A DNA stretch of 63,679 nt, counting the filler. It is 5 parts of 5 records of this genome, joined end to end, with 100 filler letters (N's around TTAATTAATTAA, not from the genome) between each part and the next. Parts side by side here need not be neighbours in the genome. Positions count along the whole stretch, not along the records: positions 7,693 to 23,309 come from SRR2962707_1491; positions 23,410 to 48,211 come from SRR2962707_1493; 3 more parts are not named here. One strand, 5' to 3'. This document shows positions 18,721-26,841 of this stretch, in pieces. The notes under the pieces are model-generated. The model did no database searches, was not told where the DNA came from, and worked only from the letters and a program-made list of their open reading frames with translations. Each line of letters begins with the position of its first letter. Position 1 is the first letter of the stretch. A program made the position numbers and the translations under genes.

Positions 18721-21015
18721 ATGGGCCTACTTAAAAACACGGTTTTGCGGTTTCCGCGTTTCACCGTTTTCCTTTGTCTTGCGATCTACGGCGCCGCGGC
18801 GCTGGGTATGTTGCAGTTCACGCTGTCCTATGACACGCGCGTCTACTTCAATCCCGAAGGACGTGATCTCGCCACGCTGCAGGACTTCGAAGCGAAGTAC
18901 GGTCAGAGCAACAATGTTCTGATGGTGGTGTCCGCGGACGACCGGAAGATGACCGAGCCGGACACGCTTGCCGCCCTCGGCGATCTCGTCTCCCGCGCCT
19001 GGACGCTGCCCCATTCAACCCGTGTCGACGCGCTGACGAATTTCCCCCATGTCGCCTCCGACGCAGACAGCTTCTCCGTTGCCGACCTTGTGCCGGGCAC
19101 AGCGCCCGTAGACGAAGGGCAGGCACGGGAAATCGAACGCATCGCGCTCGACGATCCATTGATCCGCAACAGGCTGCTCTCGGAAGACGCGCACACGGCG
19201 GGCGTCCTCGTCAATTTCAACCTGCCGGAAGAAGCCTCCGTCGAAGTAAAGGAAATCGTCGATGCGGCGCGCGCGCTTGCGGCTGCATTCAAGGCGGACC
19301 ATCCCGGCATCGATGTGAAGCTCACCGGTAACATCGTGCTCATGGCGACCTTTTCCGAAGCCGCCATGAACGACGTGATGTACCTCATCCCGATCAGCCT
19401 GGCCGTAACGGGCCTCGTGATGCTTCTCTTCGTGCGGGCCTTGCTGCCGAGCCTTGCGATCCTGTCGCTGCTGGGGTTGTCGAGCGCAACCGCGATGGGC
19501 CTCGCTGGCTGGTACGGCTACGAGATCAATACCTCGACGGTCTCCGCGCCGGTCATCGTCATGACGGTGAACATGGCCGCCGCCGTGCGGTTCGTCACCA
19601 CGACGCTCGGCGCCTTGGGGCGTGGTTTGCAGCGGCACGAGGCGATTGCAGAAGCGGTATCCATAAACCTCTGGCCCATCACGCTCACAGCCATAACGAC
19701 CATCGTCGGCTTCCTGTCGATGAATCTCGCCGATGCGCCGCCGCTTCGCCAGCAGGGCAACATCGTCGCAGTGGGCATTCTGATCGCCTATGTCTTCACT
19801 TTTACATGGCTGCCGGCTGTGCTTTCGCTCATGCCGCTCAAGCCTACGGTTCAGCGCTCCGAACGCTTCATGGTGTCGCTCGGCCATTTCGTGAACCGCT
19901 ACTACAAGCAGCTCTTCTTCTTCTGCGGTGTCGTCGTTGTTTCCTGCGCGATCTGGCTCGGCAATATCCGTCTCGACGACGATTTTGCGCGCTACTTCGA
20001 CGAGCGTTTCGACTACCGGCAGGCATCGGATTTCGCTGAAGACCACCTGACAGGGCTCAATGTCGTCGAGTTCGATGTCCAGTCGGGCGAAAGCGGCGGC
20101 GTCTACGAACCGGCCTATCAGGCGAAACTTGCGGAATTCGAGGACTGGCTCCGGGCACAGCCCGGCGTCGTCAGCGTTGCCGCTGTATCGGACATCGCCC
20201 GGCGGGTCGATGACGCGATGAACGCCGGACGCGCGGACGGCACCCTGCCGGACGACCGCGAAACCATCGCCCAGTATTTCCTGCTCTACGAATTATCGCT
20301 GCCCTTCGGTGCTTCGCTGAACGACCAGATAGATGTGGACCGTTCAGCGAGCCGCGTGACGGTGATCCTTCGTCACATGTCGTCTCTGGAAATCCGCGAC
20401 TTCAACGATCGGGCAACCGCCTGGCTGGCCGGGAATGCCCCGTCTGAAATGCAAACGCGGGGCACCGGCCTCAATGTGCTCTTCGCAAATCTTTCCGGCA
20501 TCAACATCCGCTCGATGATAATCGCGACGCTTATCTCGGTCGTCGTCATCGCTGTCGTGGTCGGGATTGCGCTTAGAAGCGTCGTGTTCGGCGCCCTCAG
20601 CATCTTCCTCAACATGTTGCCGTCTCTGGTCGGCTTCGGGCTCTGGGGGCTTCTCTATCAGGACATCGGGCTTGCGGCGTCGGTCGTGACGGCCATGACG
20701 ATCGGCCTCGTCGTCGACGACACGATCTACTTCCTTCTGATGTACCGGCAGGCGAGGGCGCGCGGCCTGGATCCGGAAGAAGCGATCAACTACGTCTTCG
20801 CGACGGTGGGCGTCGCCATGCTCGTCATTACCGTCTCGCTGACCCTTGGATTCGGCTTGCTCGTCTTCTCCGGCTTCGAGGTCAACCGCTCGCTGGGCGC
20901 CATGACGGCATTGGTCATCCTCTCCAATCTCTTCATCGATTGGCTGATGCTGCCGCCTGTAATGCGGATTCTGGAAAACAGCCGGGCACGGCGGATGCGG
21001 GCCCAAGCATCATAA
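18721..21015 (+). CDS. MMPL/RND family lipid exporter
   Basis: Twofold repeat of 1+5 TM with large periplasmic loops; TAITTIVGFLS, GLVVDDTIYF. Confidence 0.9.
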   Translation: MGLLKNTVLRFPRFTVFLCLAIYGAAALGMLQFTLSYDTRVYFNPEGRDLATLQDFEAKYGQSNNVLMVVSADDRKMTEPDTLAALGDLVSRAWTLPHSTRVDALTNFPHVASDADSFSVADLVPGTAPVDEGQAREIERIALDDPLIRNRLLSEDAHTAGVLVNFNLPEEASVEVKEIVDAARALAAAFKADHPGIDVKLTGNIVLMATFSEAAMNDVMYLIPISLAVTGLVMLLFVRALLPSLAILSLLGLSSATAMGLAGWYGYEINTSTVSAPVIVMTVNMAAAVRFVTTTLGALGRGLQRHEAIAEAVSINLWPITLTAITTIVGFLSMNLADAPPLRQQGNIVAVGILIAYVFTFTWLPAVLSLMPLKPTVQRSERFMVSLGHFVNRYYKQLFFFCGVVVVSCAIWLGNIRLDDDFARYFDERFDYRQASDFAEDHLTGLNVVEFDVQSGESGGVYEPAYQAKLAEFEDWLRAQPGVVSVAAVSDIARRVDDAMNAGRADGTLPDDRETIAQYFLLYELSLPFGASLNDQIDVDRSASRVTVILRHMSSLEIRDFNDRATAWLAGNAPSEMQTRGTGLNVLFANLSGINIRSMIIATLISVVVIAVVVGIALRSVVFGALSIFLNMLPSLVGFGLWGLLYQDIGLAASVVTAMTIGLVVDDTIYFLLMYRQARARGLDPEEAINYVFATVGVAMLVITVSLTLGFGLLVFSGFEVNRSLGAMTALVILSNLFIDWLMLPPVMRILENSRARRMRAQAS

Positions 21016-21047
21016 AATCGTGATTCTAGAAGGCCTTAAAAAGACTC

Positions 21048-21063
21048 GTTAATCATTCGTTAG
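21048..21063. promoter_or_regulatory. CtrA-like box flanked by GANTC sites
   Basis: GTTAA-TCATTCG-TTAG (reverse strand CTAA-N7-TTAAC); GANTC at 21022, 21043 and 21088. Confidence 0.5.
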
Positions 21064-21134
21064 GGTTTGTGATGCGTCCGGTCCTGTGATTCCTTATTGT
21101 GCAGTGCGGATAAGTAATTGTTTGAGTAGATGGG

Positions 21135-22598
21135 GTGAGGCCAGTGATACGCACTTACGAACAGCTGACCGGCGCGGAAGGCCGCCGGATGTTTTATCGG
21201 GCAGAGAGGTTCCGTCCCGACCAGCTTTTCAGCGACACGATTCCGGCGGTATTTATCGAAAACGAGCGGGCATCGCTGAAGAATCTGAGCATGACGGGCA
21301 TTGCTATCCAGAGTTCCCGGGCCGATGGCTGGGATGGCCGGATCGGTGATGAAATGCCCTTCGAGTTTCGCGTTGGCGATATGCGCCTTTTCGGTGGTGC
21401 CGGCCGCGTGCGCCGGATCGAGCCGCATGGCCTCAAGACCGTCATCGGACTCGAATTCACGTCGGGTTATCTCGACATTCCGAATATCGTCAGCGAGCAC
21501 GACAATCTGATCCTGAGCCAGGCGCTTGCGGATCCGCTCTTTGCTTCCTCCAAAGGCATTCTCCCGGAGTTTCTCCAGCTCTGCACCGAGATCGTGAATC
21601 TGTTCCGGTCCTACAAGGACTTGCTCGAATCCTACGAAGCCCGTCTCAAGGCGACCGGCAGCGAACGCGAACAGCTTCTGCTCGAAGCGCTGATCGCCTG
21701 CGAGGACCGCATCGTCCCGCAGTGGCAGGAGCTCTGGTATCGCGGCAACGACGTGCTGGCGCCGGTCTGGAGCGACCCGGCCGCCCTTGCGCGTCACAAA
21801 CGCTACGCCGAACGGGTTCTCACGCCGGACTTCATGCCCGGCGCGGTCATGAAGCGGTGCTACGAAAAGCCGCTCGGCTATCCCGGCGACTACCAGATCA
21901 TGAACTACGTTTATGAGTGGCAGCGCGTCGGCGGTACGCCTTATGAAAAGCTGCTGCATCGCATCGGCATCGAAACCGGCGCCTGCGTCGGCACGCGCCT
22001 TCGCATGACGCAGAAGCTGATCGCCGCACGGGTGGCGGAGCAACCCGGCGATACGCCGCTCAACATCGCCAATCTCGGCTGCGGTTCGGCATACGAGGTC
22101 TATGACTATCTGAAGATCGGCTCGTTGCCGCGCCCGGTGAACTTCACGCTGATCGATCAGGATGATCGCGCGCTGACGCATGCTTACGAGCACGCCTATC
22201 CGGAAGTCGTGCGCCATGCCGGCCGGGCGAAGGTTCAGTGTCTTCAGGCTTCCTTCGCGCAACTTTTGAAGGCAGGTGCTCTTTTCCGGGCGCTCCCGCC
22301 GCAGGACGTGATCTACAGCCTCGGTCTCTACGACTACCTCTCGGCACGGCGTGCGCGAGCGCTGACCCGCGACCTCTACGAACAGGTCAAACCGGGCGGC
22401 AAGCTCATTCTCGCCAATGTGAAGAAGGGCCGCGAAAGCTGTGAATGGCCGCTTGAGTTCGTCACCGACTGGAGCCTGATCTACCGCACAGAAGAGGACA
22501 TGTTGGCGCTGCTCGAAGGGCTCGACGTGGAGAACGTCACGATCGAGGTCGATGAGACCAAGTGCATCTATCTGATGGTGGCCGACAAGCCGGCGTGA
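21135..22598 (+). CDS. PilZ-like N-terminal domain + PhcB-like class I SAM-dependent methyltransferase
   Basis: KPLGYPGDYQIMN, NLGCGSA, GLYDYLS, PGGKLILANV, W.LIYR motifs collinear with Ralstonia PhcB as I recall it; RxxxR and NLSMTG near the N-terminus. Start is GTG at 21135 or 21144. Confidence 0.8.
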   Translation: MRPVIRTYEQLTGAEGRRMFYRAERFRPDQLFSDTIPAVFIENERASLKNLSMTGIAIQSSRADGWDGRIGDEMPFEFRVGDMRLFGGAGRVRRIEPHGLKTVIGLEFTSGYLDIPNIVSEHDNLILSQALADPLFASSKGILPEFLQLCTEIVNLFRSYKDLLESYEARLKATGSEREQLLLEALIACEDRIVPQWQELWYRGNDVLAPVWSDPAALARHKRYAERVLTPDFMPGAVMKRCYEKPLGYPGDYQIMNYVYEWQRVGGTPYEKLLHRIGIETGACVGTRLRMTQKLIAARVAEQPGDTPLNIANLGCGSAYEVYDYLKIGSLPRPVNFTLIDQDDRALTHAYEHAYPEVVRHAGRAKVQCLQASFAQLLKAGALFRALPPQDVIYSLGLYDYLSARRARALTRDLYEQVKPGGKLILANVKKGRESCEWPLEFVTDWSLIYRTEEDMLALLEGLDVENVTIEVDETKCIYLMVADKPA

Positions 22599-22603
22599 AG
22601 CGC

Positions 22604-23309
22604 CTAGCTCGCTTTCCAGTCGAGCGCCGGTGCTTCCGGCGCCACGAAGCGGCTCTTCGGAAAGACAGCGCATGCCGTCGTACCTTCGCCGACGACGCTG
22701 TCAATTTCGATCCGGCCGCCGTGAAGGCTCATGATCTTGCGCACCAGCGGGAGGCCGAGGCCGGTCCCCTGCTGCGTACGTGACATCGCGTCCTCGACCT
22801 GCACGAAAGGCTCAAAGATACGTTCCTTGTCGGACGCCTTGATGCCGATACCCGTGTCCTTGACGCTGAGCACCATGTCGCCCGCCGTATCGCAGCTCAG
22901 CTCCACCCAGACGTTGCCGTCTTCCGGGGTGAACTTCAGCGCGTTCGAGGTCAGGTTGATCGCCACCTGGTTGAACAGGCGCGGATCGGCAATGAGCCAC
23001 GGAATGTCGTCACGGACGCGGAAGGTGAGGTCGACGCCGAGTTCGGAGGCGCGCTGCCGGAACATGCGCATCGTCCGGTTGAGCGCCTCAACGGGATCGA
23101 TGGGCTCTTCTTCAAGCTGGAGCTTGCCCGCTTCCGCTTTCGAGATGTCGAGAATGTCATTGATGATGCTGAGCAGATGCGCGCCGCTTGCGCGGATATC
23201 CGTCGCGTAGTCGACATATTTCGGTTGCCCGGCCGGGCCGAACATCTGGTTCGAGATGATTTCAGAAAAGCCGATGATCGCGTTGAGCGGCGTGCGCAGC
23301 TCATGGCTC
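22604..23309 (-). CDS. Sensor histidine kinase, PleC/DivJ(PdhS)-type catalytic part (5'-truncated)
   Basis: Read from DNA at the contig end: SHELRTPLNAIIGFSEII; then NLTSNALKFT, DTGIGI, GTGLGL. Confidence 0.92.
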
Positions 23310-23409
23310 NNNNNNNNNNNNNNNNNNNNNNNNNNNNNNNNNNNNNNNNNNNNTTAATTAATTAANNNNNNNNNNNNNNNNNNNNNNNNNNNNNNNNNNN
23401 NNNNNNNNN
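23310..23409. other. Artificial contig linker
   Basis: 44 N + TTAATTAATTAA + 44 N. Confidence 0.99.
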
Positions 23410-23418
23410 AACATACAA

Positions 23419-23484
23419 GGAGCTTGCCTGCAAGCGAATAGGGGGTTCGGCCCAAAAAATTCGCTTGCAGGCAAACTCCCACAG
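23419..23484. repeat. GTRG-type REP doublet
   Basis: GGAGCTTGCCTGCAAGCGAAT ... ATTCGCTTGCAGGCAAACTCCCACAG inverted pair. Confidence 0.75.
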
Positions 23485-23518
23485 CAGCCTTGTAGCCTCG
23501 TCTGGGAAAGACAGCCAT

Positions 23519-25519
23519 TCAGCCGGTCTTTACCTGCCCTGCCCCATTGGCGGTGTCACGGCGTTCGGCGTAGTCGATATAGAACGTCAGGCTGTCCGGA
23601 TTGGCCATGGCATCCGGGTTGGCCACTTTATCCAGGGACTGCCCCAGCAGCAGCTTCTTGATGGGGAGCTCCATTTTCTTGCCGGTGAGTGTGCGCGGCA
23701 CTTCCGGCGCTGGCACGATGTCGTTGGGCACATGCCGGGCGGACAGATTGTCGCGGATCGCCGCCTTGATGCGGCTTTTCAGATCCTCGTCCAGAACCTG
23801 CCCCTCGCGCAGCACCACGAACAACGGCATGAAGGATTCCCGTCCCAGGTATTCCAGATCCACCACCAGGCTGTCGAGGACTTCCGGGAACTCTTCCACC
23901 ACCCGATAGATCTCGCTGGTGCCCATGCGGATCCCGTGGCGGTTGATGGTGGTGTCGGAACGGCCATAGATCACCGCGCCACCGCGCGGGGTGATGCGGA
24001 TCCAGTCGCCGTGGCGCCAAATGCCGGGAAACACGTCGAAGTAGCTGTCGTGGTAGCGCAGTCCTTCTTCGTCGTTCCAGAAGTACAACGGCATGGACGG
24101 CATCGGTTTGGTCACCACCAGCTCCCCCACTTCGTCCTCCAGAATCCGGCCGTCGTCGGACATGGCATAGGTCGCCGTGCCCAGATACCGGCACTGCATC
24201 TCTCCGGAATAGACCGGCAGTATCGGGCAGCCGCCCACATAGGCCGCCGCCACATCGGTGCCACCGCTGATGGTGGCGATCATCACGTCACCCAGTTGAT
24301 CCATGATCCACTGGTACCCCTCCTCCGGCAGTGGCGAGCCGGTGGAACCCACCGATCTGAGCCTGCCGGGGCTCAGCCATTGGCCAGGCTGGATTTCCGC
24401 TTTCTTGCAGTTGAGAAAATAGGCGGCGCCAGCGCCGAAGAAGGTCAGCTCGGTCTCCTCGGCGAAACGCCACAGCGTACCGAGATCCGGGTAACCGGGA
24501 TTGCCGTCGTACAAACAGATGGTGCTGCCCACCATCAGACCGGTGATCTGTGAATTCCACATGATCCAGCCGGTGGTGGTGAACCACATGAAGCGGTCCT
24601 CCGGCCCCAGGTCCATATGCAGAGCGTGACCTTTCAAACCCTCCAGCAAGGTACCGCCGTGGCCGTGCACGATGGGTTTGGGCATCCCGGTGGTCCCCGA
24701 GGAGTACACCACCCACAGCGGATGGTCGAACGGCACCTGTTCAAACGCCATTGGCGCCTCGCCGGCGACCATGTCCTGCCAGAGATCGGCCCCATCCAGA
24801 CGGGCCTCGGGGTTGAGGTAAGGCAGCAGGATCACTTGCTCCACCGTCGGCAGCGCCTCACGCAGCCCCTTTACCACCTCCAGGCGGTCGAAATCCTTGC
24901 CGCCATAGCGATACCCGTCCACCGCGATGATCACTTTGGGATCGATCTGGCGGAAACGGTCGAGCACGCTGCGGGTGCCCATGTCCGGGGAACAGCTGGA
25001 CCAGATCGCGCCAACACTGGCGCAGGCACAGAATGCCACCACCGTTTCCGCCACATTGGGCAAATAGGCCACCACCCGGTCTCCGGGGCCGATCCCACGT
25101 TGGCGCAACCGGTCGGACAGGGCCGCCACCTGGCGGCGCAGCTCACCCCAGGACAGGGATTGCAGTGGACGAAGTTCGGAGCGGGAGAGGATCGCCGGAC
25201 GATCGGGCTGGTCATGGTGAAAACGGAAGATCTGCTCCACCAGGTTCAGCCGGCTGCCCTCGAACCATTGGGCGCCGGGCATTTCATGGCTGTCGAGCAC
25301 CTCGCTGTAGGGCTCCGAGGCAGCCACTTCGAAGTACTGCCAGATCGCTTCCCAAAAGGCTTCCAGGTGGTCCACGGACCACCGCCAGAGGGCGTCGTAA
25401 TCGTTGAAATGTTCGCCCGTGCGCTGCTCCAGCCAACCTTGAAAATGATGCAGGCGGCTGTTGCGGATGCGTTCCTCGCTGGGTTGCCACAGGGGCATCG
25501 GATCGGTTGTTGTCATCAT
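23519..25519 (-). CDS. Acetoacetate--CoA ligase
   Basis: YSSGTTGMPKPIVHGHGG, SGGTD, WRHGDW, GRSDTTINRHGIRMGT; AGGAG RBS. Confidence 0.93.
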   Translation of the reverse strand: MMTTTDPMPLWQPSEERIRNSRLHHFQGWLEQRTGEHFNDYDALWRWSVDHLEAFWEAIWQYFEVAASEPYSEVLDSHEMPGAQWFEGSRLNLVEQIFRFHHDQPDRPAILSRSELRPLQSLSWGELRRQVAALSDRLRQRGIGPGDRVVAYLPNVAETVVAFCACASVGAIWSSCSPDMGTRSVLDRFRQIDPKVIIAVDGYRYGGKDFDRLEVVKGLREALPTVEQVILLPYLNPEARLDGADLWQDMVAGEAPMAFEQVPFDHPLWVVYSSGTTGMPKPIVHGHGGTLLEGLKGHALHMDLGPEDRFMWFTTTGWIMWNSQITGLMVGSTICLYDGNPGYPDLGTLWRFAEETELTFFGAGAAYFLNCKKAEIQPGQWLSPGRLRSVGSTGSPLPEEGYQWIMDQLGDVMIATISGGTDVAAAYVGGCPILPVYSGEMQCRYLGTATYAMSDDGRILEDEVGELVVTKPMPSMPLYFWNDEEGLRYHDSYFDVFPGIWRHGDWIRITPRGGAVIYGRSDTTINRHGIRMGTSEIYRVVEEFPEVLDSLVVDLEYLGRESFMPLFVVLREGQVLDEDLKSRIKAAIRDNLSARHVPNDIVPAPEVPRTLTGKKMELPIKKLLLGQSLDKVANPDAMANPDSLTFYIDYAERRDTANGAGQVKTG

Positions 25520-25717
25520 AGCTCTCCTGAACACAGCCTCTGTATAGGCCGAGGCCGTTTATTGTTATTTCGCCATAAACCGGGCTTCGGAAGCCTATCC
25601 AACTCCGAAGGGCGGCGAAAGGTACAAGTATTCACGAACCGCTCGTCCGCGCGGTAAAAAGCAGCGCCACACCCGGACGGCTGGCCTTGGTCGCCCCCTG
25701 TTGGATAAACTGGGCCC

Positions 25718-26467
25718 ATGAGTGATCTGTCCGAACTCCGCTTTTTCCGCACGCCGGCCCACCCCTGCAGCTACCTGGAAGGCCAGCAGGCCGCCACGCT
25801 GTTCGTGGACCCTCAGGTGCGCCTCAATGCGGCCCTGTACAGCGAACTGTCCCTGCTCGGCTTCCGCCGCAGCGGCGACTACCTGTATCGCCCGCACTGT
25901 GAGGCCTGTCACGCCTGTCTGCCGGCACGGGTGCGGGTGGCGGATTTCCAGCCTCGCCGGCGGCAGAAGCGGATCCTTCAGCGCAATAGCGATCTGATCG
26001 TGCGGCAGGAGCCGTCCCGCTACACCCGCGAATTCTACCGGCTCTACTCACTGTATATTCGCGAACGCCACGGTGACGGCGACATGTATCCGCCCTCCGA
26101 GGAGCAGTTTTCCAGCTTCCTGACCTGCGCCTGGACCGATACCCGCTTCTACTGTTTCCGTGATCCGGCCACCAAAAAATTGCTTGCCGTGGCGGTCACC
26201 GACGCCCTCAAGGACGGCCTGTCGGCGGTCTACACGTTCTTCGACCCGGCCGTCGCCGAGCGCGGCCTCGGCGTCAATGCCCTGCTCTGGCAAATCGAGG
26301 AATGTCGCCGTCTGGGCCTGCCTTATCTCTACCTGGGCTACTGGATCAGCGAATGCCGCAAGATGAGCTACAAGAGCCAGTACCGCCCGCTGGAACTGTT
26401 GATCAACGACGAGTGGCAGGAGTTTCACCCCCCCACTCCTCCGGGGCGTCGCCCTCCCATCGCCTAA
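25718..26467 (+). CDS. bpt: Bacterial ATE-like Asp/Glu leucyltransferase (arginyltransferase family)
   Basis: HPCSYL, GFRRSG, YRPHCEAC, SAVYTFFDP, YLYLGYWI..C.KMSYK. Confidence 0.92.
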   Translation: MSDLSELRFFRTPAHPCSYLEGQQAATLFVDPQVRLNAALYSELSLLGFRRSGDYLYRPHCEACHACLPARVRVADFQPRRRQKRILQRNSDLIVRQEPSRYTREFYRLYSLYIRERHGDGDMYPPSEEQFSSFLTCAWTDTRFYCFRDPATKKLLAVAVTDALKDGLSAVYTFFDPAVAERGLGVNALLWQIEECRRLGLPYLYLGYWISECRKMSYKSQYRPLELLINDEWQEFHPPTPPGRRPPIA

Positions 26468-26542
26468 ACCTTTGCAGCATGCGTCCAATTCCGGCACAAT
26501 TGCGCCTCCCTCCGTAGCCGACGACATCAGGGTACGCGCTGA

Positions 26543-26761
26543 ATGGCGAAAGAAGAGCAAATTGAATTGGAAGGCGTGGTTCTTGAAACCCTTCCCAACA
26601 CCATGTTTCGTGTGAAGCTGGATAACGGGCATGTGATCACCGCCCATATTTCCGGCAAGATGCGTAAATTCTACATCCGGATTCTCACCGGCGATCGCGT
26701 CAAGGTGGAAATGTCGCCCTATGATCTGAGCAAGGGGCGCATCACCTTCCGCATGAAGTAA
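26543..26761 (+). CDS. infA: Translation initiation factor IF-1
   Basis: [11 protein letters not shown]...AHISGKMR...YDLSKGRI. Confidence 0.98.
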   Translation: MAKEEQIELEGVVLETLPNTMFRVKLDNGHVITAHISGKMRKFYIRILTGDRVKVEMSPYDLSKGRITFRMK

Positions 26762-26782
26762 CGGCGGTTTTCCTTGATGCAT

Positions 26783-26810
26783 AAAAAAACCCGGCATGCC
26801 GGGTTTTTTT
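26783..26810. terminator. Bidirectional rho-independent terminator
   Basis: Perfect 28-bp palindrome A7-CCCGGCATGCCGGG-T7 between infA and clpA. Confidence 0.92.
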
Positions 26811-26841
26811 GTTAGAGCCTGGCCATCCATGGCCGCGATCT

